From assembly GCA_011390165.1 (NCBI GenBank), contig JAABSV010000001.1:11890-35889 (forward strand): 24,000 nt of DNA, given 5' to 3'. Positions 1 through 7,085 of the stretch are shown piece by piece. Below the pieces are notes generated by a model, which saw nothing but the letters and a program-made list of their open reading frames with translations, did no database searches and was not told the origin of the DNA. Positions within the stretch are counted from its first letter, which is position 1, and every line of letters starts with the position of its first letter. The DNA comes from Desulfobulbaceae bacterium. GTDB taxonomy: Bacteria; Desulfobacterota; Desulfobulbia; Desulfobulbales; Desulfocapsaceae. Position numbers and translations under genes: made by a program.

Positions 1-353
1 AAGGCAAAAGTGCTCTCATGGTCGACCCATGCGGCCACCTGCGCTGGCTCGCTGGCGGCAATTTCGGCAAAACTTTTCCCTTCCCAACGGCCGAAATCGA
101 CCTCCCGCAACTCGGTCAGGGTGCGGCTGGGGGCGGCAAGTTCGAGCAGGCCCAGGGTTTCTCGGCAACGCCGCAGCGGGCTGCAGAGTACCTCATCGAT
201 CGGCAGCCGCCGAAGAGCGGCGGCTGTGTCGGCAAGGTCGGCCGCTGCCGCCTTGCTAAGGGGGGGGTCGCTGCTGCCACAGTAGCGACCACTCATGCCG
301 ACATCGCCATGGCGAAGGAGATAGAGGCGTTTGGCGGCGGTGCCCCTGCTCAC
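1..353 (-). CDS. histidine phosphatase family protein (phosphoglycerate-mutase-like / CobC-like); 3' end lies outside the window
   Basis: Absent from the ORF track because it runs off the window. Hand translation of the minus strand from GTG 353..351 gives VSRGTAAKRLYLLRHGDVGMSGRYCGSSDPPLSKAAAADLADTAAALRRLPIDEVLCSPLRRCRETLGLLELAAPSRTLTELREVDFGRWEGKSFAEIAASEPAQVAAWVDHESTFA. It carries the RHG catalytic motif plus SPLxRxxET and E-x-DFG-x-WEG, typical of the histidine phosphatase superfamily. An in-frame stop at 378..380 leaves GTG 353 as the only start. That start overlaps the YcaO stop codon (GTGA). Confidence 0.7.
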   Translation of the reverse strand, partial: MSRGTAAKRLYLLRHGDVGMSGRYCGSSDPPLSKAAAADLADTAAALRRLPIDEVLCSPLRRCRETLGLLELAAPSRTLTELREVDFGRWEGKSFAEIAASEPAQVAAWVDHESTFA

Positions 354-2095
354 TTGTTCACCAGCCGATCGAGGAGGTTACGGGCAAAGTCAAGACCCGG
401 GTCAAGGGTCAGGGCGAGGGAGAGGAACTCCACTGCCGCCTCGTTGTTGCCGATCCTGCTGTAGTTAACCCCGAGATTGGCATAGTCGATGGCTGAAGCC
501 GGATTCAGATCAACCGCCCGCTGGAAATGGCCGATGGCCTGTTCGAATTGACCATTCTTATACAGGCAGACCCCCATGGTGTTGTGCAGATCCGGCCGTT
601 CCTCGTCGGCCGCCAACCCCCTTTCGAGAACCGCCATTGCCTCCGCCAGGCGACCCATATCGCGGAGAGAACCACCCAGGTAGGAGCAAATCAGTGGCAA
701 GTCCTCGGCCGACGGGTCCATCTCCAGGGCACGCTGGAAATGGCCGATGGCCGCCTCCGGAAAACCGTTTTCGGCAAAATTGCGGCCACGATAGAATTCC
801 AGATAGTACGCTTCCGGCAACAGTTCGGCCATGGCCAGCAGTTTTTCCTCCCGCACCTCCATATCCTCAACCAGTTCCAGCAGCAGCTTGGCGGCAAAGA
901 GGCCGGCATCGCGAACCATGGACCGCTCGCGGAAATGGGCTCCCGGGACAATGGTGTACAGCGCCGGTATGGCCAGACGGTCATGGCTGACATCAATCAT
1001 CAACACCTCCAGGCCGATCCGGCGCAGGGCGGCGAGGCAGTTGACAATCTCGACCCTGATGTTGTCGTCGGCAAGTCGTGCCATTGCCGACACTGGAATC
1101 TGTTCCGGGCTGTCGGTAAGATAGCTCACCTCGTCCATGCCCAGCGGTTTCGGTAACCCGGAGGCAACGTAATTGGAGTCGGTGTTGAAATCGCCGGCCA
1201 ACTGAGCGACCTCGGTTACCGCCCGGATCAAGGCCTTTTCCGGGTCGGGAGTGGTTCCGGCGGTATAGACGATTTCACTGCGGCCTGGAAAGGTTGACCG
1301 GTCGATGGCCAAAGCGGCTACCGTGGGTATTCCTGTATCGAGTGTGAAATCGTTAAGATAGAGTTCAATCCCAAGCGCCGAAAATTTCCCCAGCAACTCC
1401 CTTGCCACCTCGTCTCGCAGCGAGTCCGGGTCGATTTTCGGAGTGGGCAACTGCCGGCTGTTGACCTGCGAGCAGACATGCCGTTCGACTATTTCGCATA
1501 TCCCCTGCAGGGCTGCCTCTTCAACAGTGTTTCCGGCCGAGGGGCCGTTGAATTCGTTGATGGCAAAAAACCAGGAAAAGGGGATCAGCACCTCCTCTTC
1601 CCGGCTGACATTGGTAGCCCAGGTCCAGAGCATCGGGATACCCTGCAGAAGTTCGGCCAGTTTCTCCGTCGAGGTCTGCTCGTCGTGCACCGAACGGAGC
1701 AGCATCTCGAGGTCGAGAAGTGGGTAGCCGGCCCTGCGCATGCTCTGGTAATCGCCGGCAAAAAAATTTCCAGCTTCGTTTTTAAAGGCAAAAAAGGAGA
1801 AGCGTTCAGCCAGTTCCATGCAGGCAGAGGCCTCCGCCTGTACCGGCGAAGCCCCTTTGCCCATCTGTTTCCTGGTTCCTGTCAGGGCCTCGGCATCGTC
1901 ACCGCAGACGCTGAAAAAAACTGGGATACCGAGCCGGCCGGTATCAATCCGCCGGACCTCACTGAGTATCTGCAGATCAACGTCGGCCAACCGGGCATAG
2001 AAATTTTTCAGGGTCTGTTCCGGGCTGAGCGCCTTGTCCTGATCGATGGTATAGGTCTTGTAACAGTCGGCAAATCGGATTGTTTTTTTTCTCAT
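350..2095 (-). CDS. YcaO-family ATP-dependent amide-activating enzyme fused to C-terminal TPR repeats (581 aa)
   Basis: ORF 350..2326, trimmed to the ATG at 2095..2093 (cat verified on the plus strand). The longer form would overlap tsaE. YcaO-like stretches include IDTGRLGIPVFFSV, RKQMGKGASPVQAEASACMELAERFSF and PSAGNTVEEAALQGICEIVERHV. The C-terminal ~170 aa reads as about four canonical TPRs (AIGHFQRALEMDP, AMAVLERGLAADE, AIGHFQRAVDLNP, AVEFLSLALTLDP). Confidence 0.85.
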   Translation of the reverse strand: MRKKTIRFADCYKTYTIDQDKALSPEQTLKNFYARLADVDLQILSEVRRIDTGRLGIPVFFSVCGDDAEALTGTRKQMGKGASPVQAEASACMELAERFSFFAFKNEAGNFFAGDYQSMRRAGYPLLDLEMLLRSVHDEQTSTEKLAELLQGIPMLWTWATNVSREEEVLIPFSWFFAINEFNGPSAGNTVEEAALQGICEIVERHVCSQVNSRQLPTPKIDPDSLRDEVARELLGKFSALGIELYLNDFTLDTGIPTVAALAIDRSTFPGRSEIVYTAGTTPDPEKALIRAVTEVAQLAGDFNTDSNYVASGLPKPLGMDEVSYLTDSPEQIPVSAMARLADDNIRVEIVNCLAALRRIGLEVLMIDVSHDRLAIPALYTIVPGAHFRERSMVRDAGLFAAKLLLELVEDMEVREEKLLAMAELLPEAYYLEFYRGRNFAENGFPEAAIGHFQRALEMDPSAEDLPLICSYLGGSLRDMGRLAEAMAVLERGLAADEERPDLHNTMGVCLYKNGQFEQAIGHFQRAVDLNPASAIDYANLGVNYSRIGNNEAAVEFLSLALTLDPGLDFARNLLDRLVNK

Positions 2096-2141
2096 TGGCG
2101 GGGGCTTGTCGGTGTAGGCGGGAAAGGTTACCGGAGCGCGG

Positions 2142-2654
2142 TCAGCGGCAGCCGGGGTTGCTGCCTCCGTGCTGGAAGGCAAAGTCGCTGGCCACGGCGA
2201 GAAGCCTTTCCCGCCAGGATGGCGCCGCCTTGAGCAGCGCCACACGTTGTTCAGCGACATGGGTGGCCAGGCTGATATCAACTCTCTCCGGAGGAAGGAT
2301 ATCGGCGGCCCGCCCGGCCCATTCAATCACCGTCACCCCACCGGCCGAAAAGTACTCGTCCAGGCCCATTGCCTCGACTTCGACACCACCGCTGAGGCGG
2401 TAGAAATCCATATGGTGGAAGGGAAGGCGGCCGGCATATTCATGGTGTACGGCAAAGGATGGGCTGCAAACCACCGAATCGACGCCAAGTCCGCGGGCAA
2501 TGGCCTGGGCCAGGGTGGTCTTGCCGCTACCGAGATCGCCGTAGAGACAGATCAAGTTGTCGGCCTCGGCCCGCTCTCCAAGCAATCGACCAAGAATTTC
2601 AGTGGCTTCGGGGGTGTCCAATATGAAACGGTACATCACAGAGCGGTGCATCAC
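2142..2654 (-). CDS. tsaE: tRNA threonylcarbamoyladenosine (t6A) biosynthesis ATPase TsaE (YjeE)
   Basis: Translation RFILDTPEATEILGRLLGERAEADNLICLYGDLGSGKTTLAQAIARGLG...FHHMDFYRL...VTVIEW matches my recollection of E. coli YjeE, including the Walker A GDLGxGKT motif. Codon 2654..2652 is GTG. ATG alternatives lie at 2651 and 2636. Confidence 0.85.
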   Translation of the reverse strand: MMHRSVMYRFILDTPEATEILGRLLGERAEADNLICLYGDLGSGKTTLAQAIARGLGVDSVVCSPSFAVHHEYAGRLPFHHMDFYRLSGGVEVEAMGLDEYFSAGGVTVIEWAGRAADILPPERVDISLATHVAEQRVALLKAAPSWRERLLAVASDFAFQHGGSNPGCR

Positions 2655-2743
2655 GGTATCGGCTGAGAGTTCTGGTCAAGTCGCCCGGTGGTGTTGGTTC
2701 CTGCCAGGGCAACTGTATGCCACGTCTACCGGCGAATTGCACC

Positions 2744-2768
2744 AAAAAAAGGAGAGAACAGGGTTCCC
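2744..2768 (-). terminator. putative intrinsic terminator downstream of the cold-shock gene
   Basis: Minus-sense GGGAAC-CCT-GUUCUC is a 6-bp stem with one G-U pair. It is followed by UCCUUUUUUU, and sits 25 nt after the stop codon at 2793. Confidence 0.45.
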
Positions 2769-2792
2769 GCCGGATAGGGAGAAAGCGGGCCA

Positions 2793-3008
2793 CTAGCTGA
2801 TTTTCTCAACCTTTTCCGCCTGCAGACCCTTATCGGTCCGGGCAATGGAAAATTCCACCTCTTCTCCCTCTTCAAGACTACGAAAGCCATCCCCGGCAAT
2901 GGCACTGTAGTGGACAAAGACATCCACGTCACCGTCTGGTCTGGAGAGAAATCCGAACCCTTTCGTAGCGTTAAACCATTTCACCTTGCCTCGTAGGCGC
3001 TCTGTCAT
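2793..3008 (-). CDS. cold-shock protein, CspA family (71 aa)
   Basis: [67 protein letters not shown] carries the RNP1 (KGFGF) and RNP2 (VFVHY) motifs. ATG at 3008..3006 is verified, with a GGGAGG Shine-Dalgarno sequence 7 nt upstream. The 176-aa track ORF is an in-frame read-through of the leader. Confidence 0.9.
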   Translation of the reverse strand: MTERLRGKVKWFNATKGFGFLSRPDGDVDVFVHYSAIAGDGFRSLEEGEEVEFSIARTDKGLQAEKVEKIS

Positions 3009-3270
3009 TGCTTTCGCCTCCCGGTTGGTAACAGCCTCGCACCGGATATCATCTGCCCCCGGCAGAAGTACCTGCATGGGGACATCCTCAGGGTACCTGA
3101 GTGCCCAAACGCCACAGGGCCAGTGGTAAAGGGTCCAGTGGTATCGGCGATATCGGGGAGGTCTCGGTAATGAAGGGCTCCCCCCGGTCGCGAGGGGGAA
3201 CGTTCCGGAGCATCGCCGCAACTGCCGTGCATCTTCCACCATGGGTAGCAAACCGAAGGGCGGCAAGTCA

Positions 3271-3290
3271 AGGGAAAAGCGCTTTTCCTT
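3271..3290 (-). terminator. possible weak terminator hairpin after the substrate-binding-protein gene
   Basis: GGAAAAGCGCTTTTCC is a palindrome at 3273..3288, 18 nt downstream of the stop at 3308. The stem is AU-rich and the U-tract is weak. Confidence 0.3.
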
Positions 3291-3307
3291 CTCGTCAGAT
3301 GGGGCTG

Positions 3308-5083
3308 TTATCGGCGCTGCCACCAGGTCATCAGCAGGTCAAAGGGCTGGTAATAGAGGGGCAGGTCGGAGGGCGTGGAGAACTTGTTGTGGTAACTGAT
3401 GCGGTGCACAGCCAGGTACCAGTTGGGAACAAGGTAGTAGCCGTACCAGAGAACTCGGTCGAGAGCCCGGCAGGCAGCGGTCAACTCTTCCGTTGAGGTG
3501 GCGTAGATGATCTTATCTACCAGGGCATCCACCACCTCGGAAGCAATGCCGGCATAGTTGTTGGAACCGGGCCGCTTGGCAGCCGAGGAGTGCCAGTAAT
3601 TCCGCTGTTCGTTACCGGGAGACTGAGATTGTCCGTAGGTGGTGACAATCATGTCGAAATCAAATTTTTTTACCCGGTCTATGTAAAGGGCCGTGTCAAT
3701 ACTTCGATACTCGGCCTGAATTCCCAGACGGCGCAGGTTCTGGACATAGGAGGCCATCACCCGCTCAAAGGCCGGGGAAACAAGGAGAATTTCAAAACGA
3801 AAGGGCTGGCCGAGAGCGTTCACCAGGACCCCATCCCGAACCTGCCAGCCGGCGGCGGCTAACAGATCACGGGCGGTGATGAGGTTGGATCGCAACCCCT
3901 GCGGGCCATCAGTACGGACCGGGGTAGGCGGAGTGGTGAACACCTCGACGGGGAGAGCCTTCCGAAAGGGTTCCAGATACTGCAATTCAAGACCCTCGGG
4001 CAAACCACTGGCGGCAAGCGGCGAATTGCTGAAGAAAGAGTTGTTGCGGGTATACTGATCGTGAAAGAGGGCGCTGTTGATCCATTCGAAATCAAGGGCC
4101 ATTCCCAGAGCCTGACGTACCCGCCGGTCCTGAAAAAGCTCATTCCGGGTATTCATCACAAAGCCCTGCATGCCGGCGTTGTTGTGGTGCGGAAAGCTCT
4201 TTTTGACAATACTGCCGTCAGTAAAGCGTTTCCCCTCCATATCCCTGGCCCACTGCTTGGCTATGGATATGGCGATGAAATCGAATTCTCCCGCCTTGAA
4301 GGCCTCCAGGGCAATGGTCTGATCCTTGTAGTATTTGACGATAATCTCGTCAAAGTTATACATGTTCCGCCGGGTCGGGTGGTCAATCGCCCAGTAGTCG
4401 GGGTTTCGCCGGTAGGTGATTGATTTACCGGGGTTGATTTCAGCAACCAGGTAGGGGCCGGAGGCGACCGGCGGCAGCAGGCCGCTGCCGGCAAAGCCGT
4501 TCTGGCTGTGCTGGTGTTTGGGCAGGACTGGAAGTTGTGCGGCGATCAGGTGCAGTTCCCGGTTGACTCTGGTGAAACGGAAACGGATGCGGTGCTCATC
4601 AACCACATCGTACCCTTCGATATCCTGGTAGTAATAGTTGAAGTGAGGGTGGACCTGGTCACTTTTGAACAGGTCCAGGGAGTAGCCGACATCTTCCGCC
4701 CGTACCGGCTGGCCATCGGAAAAGCGTGCCAGCGGGTTGAGGGTAAAGAGTACCGAGCGCTGGTCTGGCGCAATTTCAATGGCTTCTGCCAGAAGTCCAT
4801 ACTGCGAGAAGGGTTCGTCAAGACTGGCGACCGCCAGGGGCTCAAAGACCAGGGAGGCCATGGCCAGAGGCGGTTCCCCCTTGAGGGTGAATGGATTCAA
4901 TTTGTCAAAGCTGCCGATATCGTGGAGCACCAGCCTCCCCCCCTTGCGGGCTTCGCTCGACGTGTAGGCAAACTGGTGAAAGTCGGCCGGATAGCGTAAA
5001 TCACCGGCAATGGAGACGCCATGGGCGGCAAAGAGAGGCGTGGGGAGGATAACCAACAGAAAAAGGGTGAGCAGGAAGGGCAT
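3308..5083 (-). CDS. ABC transporter substrate-binding protein, family 5 (peptide/oligopeptide type, YejA-like), 591 aa
   Basis: N-terminal signal peptide [22 protein letters not shown]. The size and sequence character ([49 protein letters not shown]) fit family-5 SBPs. ATG 5083..5081 is verified, with a GGAGGAG Shine-Dalgarno sequence upstream. Confidence 0.8.
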   Translation of the reverse strand: MPFLLTLFLLVILPTPLFAAHGVSIAGDLRYPADFHQFAYTSSEARKGGRLVLHDIGSFDKLNPFTLKGEPPLAMASLVFEPLAVASLDEPFSQYGLLAEAIEIAPDQRSVLFTLNPLARFSDGQPVRAEDVGYSLDLFKSDQVHPHFNYYYQDIEGYDVVDEHRIRFRFTRVNRELHLIAAQLPVLPKHQHSQNGFAGSGLLPPVASGPYLVAEINPGKSITYRRNPDYWAIDHPTRRNMYNFDEIIVKYYKDQTIALEAFKAGEFDFIAISIAKQWARDMEGKRFTDGSIVKKSFPHHNNAGMQGFVMNTRNELFQDRRVRQALGMALDFEWINSALFHDQYTRNNSFFSNSPLAASGLPEGLELQYLEPFRKALPVEVFTTPPTPVRTDGPQGLRSNLITARDLLAAAGWQVRDGVLVNALGQPFRFEILLVSPAFERVMASYVQNLRRLGIQAEYRSIDTALYIDRVKKFDFDMIVTTYGQSQSPGNEQRNYWHSSAAKRPGSNNYAGIASEVVDALVDKIIYATSTEELTAACRALDRVLWYGYYLVPNWYLAVHRISYHNKFSTPSDLPLYYQPFDLLMTWWQRR

Positions 5084-5150
5084 GGGCTGGTGGACTCCTC
5101 CGCTGTCTCCCCCCAGGTGGCTGCTTGGCGCTGGGGGGGGCGATGTTTAC

Positions 5151-5165
5151 AGGCCGAAACGGCCT
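5151..5165 (-). terminator. hairpin downstream of the cbpA-like gene (possible terminator, no U-tract)
   Basis: AGGCCG-AAA-CGGCCT is a perfect 6-bp stem, 43 nt after the stop at 5208. Confidence 0.3.
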
Positions 5166-5207
5166 ATTAAGGCCAGGTCTTTCCGCGGGCGGAGGTGACG
5201 TTCGGAT

Positions 5208-6146
5208 CTAGAGGCCGCAGGCCTGCAACTGCTCGACGAGGTGCTTTTGTTCGTCGTTCAGTTCCCTGGGAACCTGGACACTGATCCGCACAAAGAGATC
5301 ACCCCGTTCTCCCATGGGCCCTCTGGGCAGGCCATAGCCACGGATACGGAGCCTGGCGTTATGGTCGGTGGCCGGCCCCACTGTCACCATGAATTTTTTC
5401 CCTTCCAGCGTTTCCACCTCGATTCTGGTCCCGAAACAGGCTTCACTGAAGGAGACCGGCTTTTCGACGATCAGATCGTCGCCATCACGGGAAAACAACT
5501 GGTGCGGGGCTATCTCAACCTTCAGGTAGAGATCACCAGGCGGGCCGCCTTGGGGAGATGGTCCCCCTTTTCCCTGCAGACGGAGTTTTTTCCCTTCCTC
5601 AATCCCTTTGGGAATCTTCACCGAGACGTTCTGGGTACTGCCATTCTTGCGCAGGGTTATGGTACGTTCGGCACCATGGAGAACATCTTCGAGAGAAATG
5701 GTGATCTGATAGTTCATGTCCTGCCCTTTTTCCAGCGTCGAATGGCAACTGCCACCGCCACAGCCACCGGCCGGGCCCTGGCTGAAAAAAGTCGTAAAGG
5801 GGCTCCCTGCCCCACCCATGTTGTGCATCTGGCCACGAGGGCTGCCGGTCTGGCCGGACCTGAAACCAAACTGACGGAGAATATCGTTCAGGTCAAAACC
5901 TCGAAAAATATCCTCCTGCGAATAGCGCTGGCGGAAATCAGCCGAGCCATAGAGATCGTACTGCTTCTTTTTCTCAGGGTCGGAAAGCACTGCATAGGCT
6001 TCACTGATCTCTTTAAACTTATCCTCCGCCTCTTTCCCGCCATTGTTTTTGTCCGGGTGAAACTGGAGAGCGAGTTTCCGGTAAGCTTTCTTGATTTCAG
6101 CGGCAGAGGAGTCCTTGTTGACCCCGAGAATCTGATAATAATCCAT
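5208..6146 (-). CDS. cbpA: J-domain co-chaperone, CbpA-like (DnaJ class lacking the zinc-finger domain), 312 aa
   Basis: [34 protein letters not shown] is a J domain with the HPD motif. A G/F-rich linker and DnaJ C-terminal domains follow. There are no CxxCxGxG repeats. ATG 6146..6144 is verified, and the 25 codons upstream in the track ORF are discarded. Confidence 0.85.
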   Translation of the reverse strand: MDYYQILGVNKDSSAAEIKKAYRKLALQFHPDKNNGGKEAEDKFKEISEAYAVLSDPEKKKQYDLYGSADFRQRYSQEDIFRGFDLNDILRQFGFRSGQTGSPRGQMHNMGGAGSPFTTFFSQGPAGGCGGGSCHSTLEKGQDMNYQITISLEDVLHGAERTITLRKNGSTQNVSVKIPKGIEEGKKLRLQGKGGPSPQGGPPGDLYLKVEIAPHQLFSRDGDDLIVEKPVSFSEACFGTRIEVETLEGKKFMVTVGPATDHNARLRIRGYGLPRGPMGERGDLFVRISVQVPRELNDEQKHLVEQLQACGL

Positions 6147-6220
6147 GGTGGAGACGCAGTGGCTTGCAGATGGTTGAGAACAAGGGCCAGAGAAATGACA
6201 GACGGCACGAACGTGCCACA

Positions 6221-6249
6221 ACCATAGGAATGGTTGCCATACCAGTCAA
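6221..6249 (-). promoter_or_regulatory. putative sigma70 promoter of the cbpA-like gene
   Basis: The minus strand reads TTGACT (6249..6244), then 17 nt, then TATGGT (6226..6221). Confidence 0.4.
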
Positions 6250-6271
6250 GCCGGATTCAGCAACGGGGAGA

Positions 6272-6294
6272 GACGGCCCCGAATGAGGGCCGTC
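6272..6294 (-). terminator. putative terminator hairpin after ssb
   Basis: Minus-sense GACGGCCC-UCAUUCG-GGGCCGUC is an 8-bp GC-rich stem, 21 nt after the ssb stop. The U-tract is poor. Confidence 0.45.
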
Positions 6295-6314
6295 CCGGTT
6301 GAGGTGGAGACCGT

Positions 6315-6737
6315 TCAGAATGGCACGTCGTCGCCGGTGCCGCCACCAGCAAATGGGTCCGGTGGCAGAGGCGGAGAATCGAAGGTGCCGCCCCCTCCTC
6401 CAGCATCACTGCCTCGCGGGGTCAAGTTCTGTATGGTCTGGGCGACAATCTCAGTGGTGTACCGGTCATTACCACTTTGATCCTGCCATTTTCTGGTCTG
6501 CAACCGCCCTTCAACGTACACCTTGGAACCCTTGTTTAAATAATTGGCACAAAATTCAGCCGTCTCGCGCCAGACGATTACCCGATGCCATTCGGTCTCC
6601 TCCTGAGGTGTGCCATCCTGCCCTTTCCATCTCCGATTGGTGGCAACACTGAGTGTGACCACCGCGGTGCCGCTGGCGGTGTAACGTTTTTCCGGGTCGG
6701 CCCCGAGATTACCAATAAGAATGACTTTGTTAATCAT
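6315..6737 (-). CDS. ssb: single-stranded DNA-binding protein
   Basis: MINKVILIGNLGADPEKRYTASGTAVVTLSVATNRRW...TEWHRVIVW...VYVEGRLQTRKW is an OB fold. It is followed by a Gly/Pro-rich tail and the acidic tip DDVPF. Confidence 0.95.
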   Translation of the reverse strand: MINKVILIGNLGADPEKRYTASGTAVVTLSVATNRRWKGQDGTPQEETEWHRVIVWRETAEFCANYLNKGSKVYVEGRLQTRKWQDQSGNDRYTTEIVAQTIQNLTPRGSDAGGGGGTFDSPPLPPDPFAGGGTGDDVPF

Positions 6738-7085
6738 ATGCCTTGTCCCTCACAGTTGCCGACTCATCAGGAGAAGTGCTCGCCCCCTCCTCTGCCCTGC
6801 CGGTTTGTTCACTCCCTCAGTCTAACTCCCTTAGCACAATGAAAGAGCCGTTGACTTCAAGAAAAATCCGGTACTGCAGTGGGTTGATGACCAAACCCTC
6901 CTAAAGAGCCTGAAAGAATAGATGCCCGTACCGCGGGCGGTGAACGGCCCCTGCCTCTCTACCAGACTTCACGCCACTATACGCGAGAATAGAGAAAGAA
7001 CAAGGGCCAAAACAAAGTCCCCAAACTCGAAAAAAATCCAGAATTCCCCAATACCCTTCTCCCCGGCCAATCCCGATCGCCTCGA

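Noticed and set aside
18-464. Plus-strand ORFs at the left edge (10..285, 18..464, 29..259).
   Set aside because: Their translations are low-complexity and Arg/Ala/Gly-rich. The opposite strand encodes a clear histidine phosphatase with RHG, SPLRRCRET and DFGRWEG motifs.
2096-2326. The N-terminal 77 codons of the 658-aa track ORF (YcaO).
   Set aside because: They would overlap tsaE by up to 185 nt. They translate to Pro/Arg/Ala-rich sequence with no homology character. The YcaO-like sequence begins at the ATG at 2095.
2655-2792. Search for a RiPP precursor peptide or small Cys/Ser/Thr-rich ORF near the YcaO gene.
   Set aside because: The flanking gaps (46 bp and 138 bp) hold no short ORF with both a start codon and a Shine-Dalgarno sequence. 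The track ORF 2599..2793 overlaps tsaE and has no peptide-like core.
2793-3323. 176-aa ORF containing the cold-shock protein at its C-terminus.
   Set aside because: The upstream 105 codons are Pro/Arg-rich leader read-through. A good GGGAGG Shine-Dalgarno sequence precedes the internal ATG at 3008. Csp proteins are about 70 aa.
5241-6227. 328-aa plus-strand ORF antisense to the cbpA-like gene. Similar long antisense ORFs: 1478..2233 (+), 8455..9225 (-), 10450..11424 (-), 11666..13042 (-), 13307..13831 (-), 13901..14707 (-), 14887..15555 (+), 15969..16526 (+), 16837..17520 (+), 17727..18311 (+), 20875..21660 (+), 23016..23489 (-).
   Set aside because: These are shadow ORFs, typical of high-GC DNA. 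In every case the opposite strand encodes a protein with unmistakable family motifs. The antisense translations are Gly/Arg/Pro/Val-rich with no recognisable domains.
6147-6314. CIRCE, HAIR, CtsR or sigma32 elements upstream of the cbpA-like gene.
   Set aside because: None of these consensus sequences is present. The palindromes found are different and are reported as a separate finding.
6738-6900. LexA/SOS box upstream of ssb.
   Set aside because: A GGTT-containing stretch (ccGGTTTGTTCAC, about 6806..6818) does not fit the GGTT-N10-ACC type or the CTGT-N8-ACAG type of box as I recall them.
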